The position numbers and the translations under genes are program-made. A model generated the notes under the pieces. It searched no databases and was not told the origin of the DNA. It saw nothing but the letters and a program-made list of their open reading frames with translations. A stretch of 45,861 nucleotides of DNA. Origin: Rickettsiales bacterium (GTDB taxonomy: Bacteria > Pseudomonadota > Alphaproteobacteria > Rickettsiales > UBA1997). Below are positions 40,941 to 45,861 of this stretch, one piece after another (the stretch's first letter is position 1; the number at the start of each line of letters is the position of its first letter). The stretch lies in contig CANDYP010000002.1 in assembly GCA_947425005.1 (NCBI GenBank), positions 1 to 45,861 of the forward strand, given 5' to 3'.

Positions 40941-43900
40941 ATGGAAAAAATGGAAAATCTGATTGAGCAGCTAATTAATTTTTCTCATCAAAAAAAATAC
41001 GAAAAAACTTTTTCTCGTGAAAAATTTTTGGATTTCGCCAAGTTGTTTTATTTACAAAACCAAGGACGTGATTTTGTAAATTATCCCGTGGAAGAGCTTC
41101 ACAACGCCACTCTTCTAAGTTTCAGTTTTGCGGCAGAAAAGCTCAAAATTTTTAAAGTTAGAATTTACAATCCGACGGTGGATGTAGATGGTTTCAATTC
41201 CACCAATACTTTTTTAGAAGTAATTAGCGACGACATGCCATTCTTGGTAGATTCAATCGTTGGCTATCTAGATCGCATCGGCATCAGAATTAAAAATATT
41301 ATTCATCCGATTTACCCAATAGTTCGCACTAAAAATGGCGAGTTGGAGTCAATAGAAGCGACAGAAAATTCTAAACAAGAGTCAGTAATTCAGCTGCATT
41401 TGGATAAAATTACTTCCGAGTCAGACATCCAAATGCTGCAAGAAAGCATTTCTAAAATTATTGAGACTTTGGTGCTGGTAGTTGGCGATTGGAAGAAGAT
41501 GACCGAAGTAGCAAAAAAATCACAAAAACAAATCGATAACGCCAAAAAACTTATCAAAGACCTTAAAGAAATTGACGAGAGCAAAGATTTTATCTCGTGG
41601 ATTCTCGACGGAAATTTTATCTTTTTAGGCGCTAAAGAATTCGATATTAAGGAATTTGAAAAAGGTGAGCATCATCTTGTGGAAGTTGAAAACTCGGGGC
41701 TTGGAGTTTTTCAGTCACCTTACGCCGATGTCACTCCGGAGGTTTTAAATTCATCTTTTGAAGAGGTTGGCGATTCTCTTAAAAATCCTTACGTAATTGA
41801 AATTTTAAAATCTCGCTACAGATCCCGCATCCACAGAATTTCTAACGCCGAAAGAATCAGAGTTCAGAAAGTTTCTGAAGACGGCAAGGTCATCGGCGAA
41901 TACAGGTTTGTCGGATTATTCACGTCTTCAGCTTACAGCCACAGCCCCACTTCCATTCCTCTAATCAAAAATAAAATCGCCAAAGTTGTCGCCGATTCAA
42001 ATTTCACAAAAGGCAGCCACAACCACAAAGAGTTAATTTCAATTCTTGAGTCTTATCCGCGCGACGAATTATTTCAAACCAACGCCGCAGATTTATTGCG
42101 CATCGCCACCGGCATCGTGGCCATTTGCGGCAGATCGCAAGTTAGATTTTTCCCGCGCAAAGATAAATACAGTCGCTTCGTCAGCTGTTTAATTTTTACA
42201 CCAAGAGACCGCAGCAATTCTGACTTGAGAGAAAAAATAAAAGATTACCTCGCCGAAATTTATAACGGCGAAATTGCCGACTCTTTCGTAGAAATCACCG
42301 AATCAAAACTGATTAGATTTCACGTAATCGTGCGCACCAATAATGGCATTCCGGCCATTGACAGCGCTAAAGTTGAGCGTGAAATCACCAACATGACTAA
42401 GGTCTGGAGCGATGATCTTAGAGAAGCGATCGCAGCAAAATTTGAAAATGAAAAACAGATCGCTTTATTCGCAAAATATCGCGACGCCTTCTCTGTCAGT
42501 TACGTTAACAGATTTGATCCAAAACGTGCAGCAATCGACATTGCAAGGGTTGAAGACTGCTTAAACAAAAATTCAATTTTATTTAATCTTTACAAATCTT
42601 CGGAAGCTTTGGCGGATGAAGTCACCGAATTAAAAATCTACAATCCTCAGAAAAAGCTGATTCTTTCTGAAATCATGCCAGTTCTTGAAAGCTTTGGTTT
42701 CAACGTAATCCAAGAACACACTTACGTAGTCAGTCCAGAAATAGACGACAGAAAAAACTCGCAGACCAAAGTTTGGATCCACTATTTCCACCTCAATCTC
42801 AGTAAAGGCGGCGATAAATTTGCCGAAAAAACCAAGCATAATTTTGAAAAAGCTGTTGCCCTAATTTGGCAAAAAATTACTGACGTAAGTCTGCTTAACA
42901 GATTGGTAGTCGCTTCTGATCTAGACTGGAAGCAGATCTACATGCTGCGCGCCTACACAAAATACATTTACCAAGCCGGCTTCAAATACAGTCAAAGTTA
43001 CATCTCGGATGCTTTGGTAAGAAATCGCGATCTCACTAAATTGTTGGTAGAGCTTTTCGAAACTAAATTTAATCCGCATCTCAAGCTCAGCATGTCAGAA
43101 AGATGCAAAAAAGCTGACGAGATTTCTGCCAACATCACCAAGAGCTTGATCAAAGTTAAAGACATTCTTGATGACGCCGTAATTAAAAGATTCTTCAACG
43201 TCATCAAAGCGACTTTGCGCACTAACTACTACCAGCCATCCAAAGAAGGTGGCTTCAAGGGTTACGTCTCATTTAAGTTTGATTGTAAGCAAGTTCTGGA
43301 CCTGCCATTGCCACTACCTCACGCTGAAATTTTTGTTTATTCAGCAGTCATGGAAGGTATTCATTTGCGCGGTGGACGCGTTGCTCGCGGCGGATTACGT
43401 TGGTCAGATCGTCACGAAGATTTCCGTACTGAAGTTTTGGGCTTGATGAAAGCGCAAATGACTAAAAATGCCGTGATCGTTCCGGTCGGCTCAAAAGGCG
43501 GCTTCGTAGTAAAAAAACCAACGGCAAATTTAAGTCGTGACGAAATTTTGCAAGAAGGCATCTCTTGCTACCAAACTTTTTTACGCGGTCTTTTGGACAT
43601 CACGGACAACGTAATTGATGGCAAAATTGATCATCCACAAAACTGCATCATGCACGATGATTCTGATCCTTACCTAGTGGTTGCAGCCGATAAAGGCACA
43701 GCAACTTTCTCCGACATCGCTAACGGAATTTCTGCCGAATATAATTTTTGGCTGGGCGACGCTTTTGCTTCTGGTGGATCAGTTGGTTACGATCACAAAA
43801 AAATGGGCATTACCGCTAAAGGCGCGTGGATCTCGGTTAAAAGACACTTTGCTGAGATGGGCATCGACACTCAAACCCAAGATTTTACCTGTGTCGGTAT

Positions 43901-45782
43901 TGGCGATTTAGCCGGCGACGTGTTTGGTAATGGCATGTTGCTATCGCCGCACATCAAGATGGTAGCGGCTTTCAACCACATGCATATTTTCTTCGATCCA
44001 AATCCAAACCCAACAGAATCTTTCGCCGAAAGAGTGCGCATGTTTAATCTACCTCGTTCAACCTGGATGGATTACAACCAATCTTTGATTTCTAAAGGTG
44101 GTGGAATTTTCGAAAGAGCTGCCAAATCAATTAAAATTTCCTCGGAAGTAAAAGCGGTTTTGGCAATTGAAGAAGACGAGCTTGAGCCTAACGAATTGAT
44201 CAAAGCAATTCTGCAAGCTCCTGTTGATTTATTGTGGAATGGCGGCATCGGAACTTACGTAAAAGCCGCCGATGAATCTCACCAAGATGTAGGAGATCGC
44301 GCTAACGACATGCTTCGAATCAATGGTTCTGATCTCAGATGTAAAGTAATAGGCGAGGGTGGAAATCTCGGCTTCACCCAAAAAGGCCGTATTGAATACG
44401 CTTTAAAAGGTGGTCGCGTTAATACTGACGCAATGGATAACTCAGCTGGCGTAGATTGCTCGGATCATGAAGTGAATATTAAAATCGCTTTGATTCAGGC
44501 CATGCGCAGCAAAAAAATTACACTCGAAGAAAGAAATAAAGTTTTAGAAACGATGACGGACGACGTTTCTAATCTAGTTCTTGCTGACAACAGACTGCAA
44601 ACTCAAGCAATCTCCATCGCTTCTTCGCAAGGCGTATCAAACCTCGGTGACCAGGCGCAATTTTTAGACAGATTAGAAAAGACCGGATTGTTAAATCGCA
44701 AAATCGAGTTTTTACCTTCCAAAAAAGAAATCGATAAAAGACAAACTGATCGCGTGGGCATGACCAGGCCAGAGCTTTGCGTGATGTTGGCCTATTCCAA
44801 AATGGACATCTACAACGCGCTTTTAACCTCTGACTTGATCAAGGATAAATATTTCGAAAGTGAGCTACTTTCTTACTTCCCGAAATTATTGCAGAAAAAA
44901 TTCTCCGACGAAATCATTGGCCATCAACTAAGAAACGAGATCATCGCCACTCAAATTACCAACTTCGTAGTTAACAGAGCTGGAATAACTTTTGTTAATC
45001 AGCTTTGTCAAGATAGCGGCTTTGCAATTGGTGATGTGGTGAAGAGCTTCATCATCGCTTGTGACTCGTTCAGATTGCGCGAAATTTGGGAAGAGATTGA
45101 AAAATTAGACGGAAAAATTGCGCCGCACATTCAAGCGCAAATGTTTTTGAGTGCCAGCAAGTTACTGGAAAGATCAGTGCTGTGGTTGCTACGCAATCAA
45201 GCGAAAGGCAGCATTTCACCAATTATCACGCGCTTTAGAAAAATTGCCGATGAGTTGTCCTCTTTGTTGTCAGAAGTTTTAGCTCAAGCATCTCGCGAAT
45301 CTTTCGAACGTAAAATTGAAAGATATTGCCTGAATAATGTTGATCGCAAACTAGCAAATAAGATCGCCTCTCTTGATCCACTAGCATCAGTTTTTGATAT
45401 TGCAGAAATCTCTGCGGCATCAAGTTTTGATCTCAAAGTTATTGCTAAAATTTACTTTGCTGTCGGCACAAGATTTTCGTTGAAATGGTTACGCACCAAG
45501 GTTGCAAGCGCCAGTCACGATAATTATTGGCAAAAGCTTTCCGGTAAAACTATTCTTGAAGATCTTTACAGTTACCAAATGAGAATCGCGAAATGCGTTG
45601 TTGATTCCAGTTGTAACGACAAGAACCTTTGTGAAGTAGATTCCCTGAGTAGCTGGATTACCAAAGCCAGTTTCTTGGTGGAAAGATTCGACAATTTTAT
45701 TGCCGAATTAAAAACTCAGCCAAATCCCGATATGTCGGTTTTTGTTGTTGCTCTAAATCGTTTGAAACCTTTGGTGAAGTAG
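40941..45782 (+). CDS. NAD-specific glutamate dehydrogenase, large (~180 kDa) class
   Basis: 1613 aa. The central catalytic block is RGGLRWSDR...VPVGSKGGFV...VAADKGTATFSD...GGSVGYDHKKMGITA...GDLAGDVFGNGML. The size and layout match the Bac_GDH family. Confidence 0.93.
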   Translation: MEKMENLIEQLINFSHQKKYEKTFSREKFLDFAKLFYLQNQGRDFVNYPVEELHNATLLSFSFAAEKLKIFKVRIYNPTVDVDGFNSTNTFLEVISDDMPFLVDSIVGYLDRIGIRIKNIIHPIYPIVRTKNGELESIEATENSKQESVIQLHLDKITSESDIQMLQESISKIIETLVLVVGDWKKMTEVAKKSQKQIDNAKKLIKDLKEIDESKDFISWILDGNFIFLGAKEFDIKEFEKGEHHLVEVENSGLGVFQSPYADVTPEVLNSSFEEVGDSLKNPYVIEILKSRYRSRIHRISNAERIRVQKVSEDGKVIGEYRFVGLFTSSAYSHSPTSIPLIKNKIAKVVADSNFTKGSHNHKELISILESYPRDELFQTNAADLLRIATGIVAICGRSQVRFFPRKDKYSRFVSCLIFTPRDRSNSDLREKIKDYLAEIYNGEIADSFVEITESKLIRFHVIVRTNNGIPAIDSAKVEREITNMTKVWSDDLREAIAAKFENEKQIALFAKYRDAFSVSYVNRFDPKRAAIDIARVEDCLNKNSILFNLYKSSEALADEVTELKIYNPQKKLILSEIMPVLESFGFNVIQEHTYVVSPEIDDRKNSQTKVWIHYFHLNLSKGGDKFAEKTKHNFEKAVALIWQKITDVSLLNRLVVASDLDWKQIYMLRAYTKYIYQAGFKYSQSYISDALVRNRDLTKLLVELFETKFNPHLKLSMSERCKKADEISANITKSLIKVKDILDDAVIKRFFNVIKATLRTNYYQPSKEGGFKGYVSFKFDCKQVLDLPLPLPHAEIFVYSAVMEGIHLRGGRVARGGLRWSDRHEDFRTEVLGLMKAQMTKNAVIVPVGSKGGFVVKKPTANLSRDEILQEGISCYQTFLRGLLDITDNVIDGKIDHPQNCIMHDDSDPYLVVAADKGTATFSDIANGISAEYNFWLGDAFASGGSVGYDHKKMGITAKGAWISVKRHFAEMGIDTQTQDFTCVGIGDLAGDVFGNGMLLSPHIKMVAAFNHMHIFFDPNPNPTESFAERVRMFNLPRSTWMDYNQSLISKGGGIFERAAKSIKISSEVKAVLAIEEDELEPNELIKAILQAPVDLLWNGGIGTYVKAADESHQDVGDRANDMLRINGSDLRCKVIGEGGNLGFTQKGRIEYALKGGRVNTDAMDNSAGVDCSDHEVNIKIALIQAMRSKKITLEERNKVLETMTDDVSNLVLADNRLQTQAISIASSQGVSNLGDQAQFLDRLEKTGLLNRKIEFLPSKKEIDKRQTDRVGMTRPELCVMLAYSKMDIYNALLTSDLIKDKYFESELLSYFPKLLQKKFSDEIIGHQLRNEIIATQITNFVVNRAGITFVNQLCQDSGFAIGDVVKSFIIACDSFRLREIWEEIEKLDGKIAPHIQAQMFLSASKLLERSVLWLLRNQAKGSISPIITRFRKIADELSSLLSEVLAQASRESFERKIERYCLNNVDRKLANKIASLDPLASVFDIAEISAASSFDLKVIAKIYFAVGTRFSLKWLRTKVASASHDNYWQKLSGKTILEDLYSYQMRIAKCVVDSSCNDKNLCEVDSLSSWITKASFLVERFDNFIAELKTQPNPDMSVFVVALNRLKPLVK

Positions 45783-45793
45783 TAAGAGTCTTG

Positions 45794-45861
45794 GACGAGA
45801 AACCCCCCTACCCCCCTTGTCAGGGGGGCTTTGACCGAGTTCGGTTTAAAGCCCCCCTGAC
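45794..45861. repeat. Family-A GC-rich palindromic element, left arm and centre (cut by window edge)
   Basis: gacgagaaacccccctaccccccttgtcaggggggctttgaccgagttcggtttaaagcccccctgac starts 12 nt after the GDH stop. Confidence 0.88.

Noticed and set aside
1-45861. The repeated GC-rich palindromes as a CRISPR array
   Set aside because: Copies lie kilobases apart, separated by housekeeping genes. They are ~100 bp long and there is no regular repeat-spacer periodicity or cas gene.

Overview
This is a 45.9-kb chromosomal window that may be a whole contig, because both edges fall inside copies of the same repeat. It is moderately AT-rich and probably comes from an intracellular (Rickettsiales/Holosporales-like) alphaproteobacterium. 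That origin is inferred from the gene set only: eukaryote-like type-2 IleRS, pyruvate phosphate dikinase, a 1613-aa NAD-glutamate dehydrogenase, a DUF1674/SDHAF4-like protein, an MPP-like M16 peptidase, and repeats sitting inside ORFs.

I call about 37 protein genes, mostly housekeeping: tolQ, maeB, miaB, cspA, msrA, lexA, ileS, bfr, hom, glyS, ppdK, uup, copAB, dnaB, tsaD, lpoA-rsmI-yraN, infC and a large GDH. There is also one initiator tRNA-Met.

Five things stand out:
- An 857-aa protein with a prepilin-type leader lies 33 bp downstream of comF. Its ectodomain contains two copies of a 14-cysteine module that I do not recognise. This is my best candidate for something undescribed.
- dnaB is split in its P-loop by a 349-aa intein with a LAGLIDADG endonuclease. 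The intein has Ala1 plus the Trp/Cys/Thr signature of class-3 inteins.
- At least five unrelated families of palindromic repeats (A to E) fill the intergenic spacers. Two of them sit in frame inside coding sequence, in ileS and in the copB 5' region, as Rickettsia palindromic elements do.
- ileS appears 3'-truncated and ends next to a tRNA-fMet whose 5' leader and 5' end are partly duplicated.
- There is a class-II Fic cassette behind a ~220-bp palindrome, a dinJ-yafQ module wedged between dnaB and tsaD, and a LexA paired with a divergent small ORF.

No rRNA, CRISPR array, transposase or integrase was seen. All family assignments come from motif recognition by eye. No searches were run, and repeat boundaries are accurate to a few nt.
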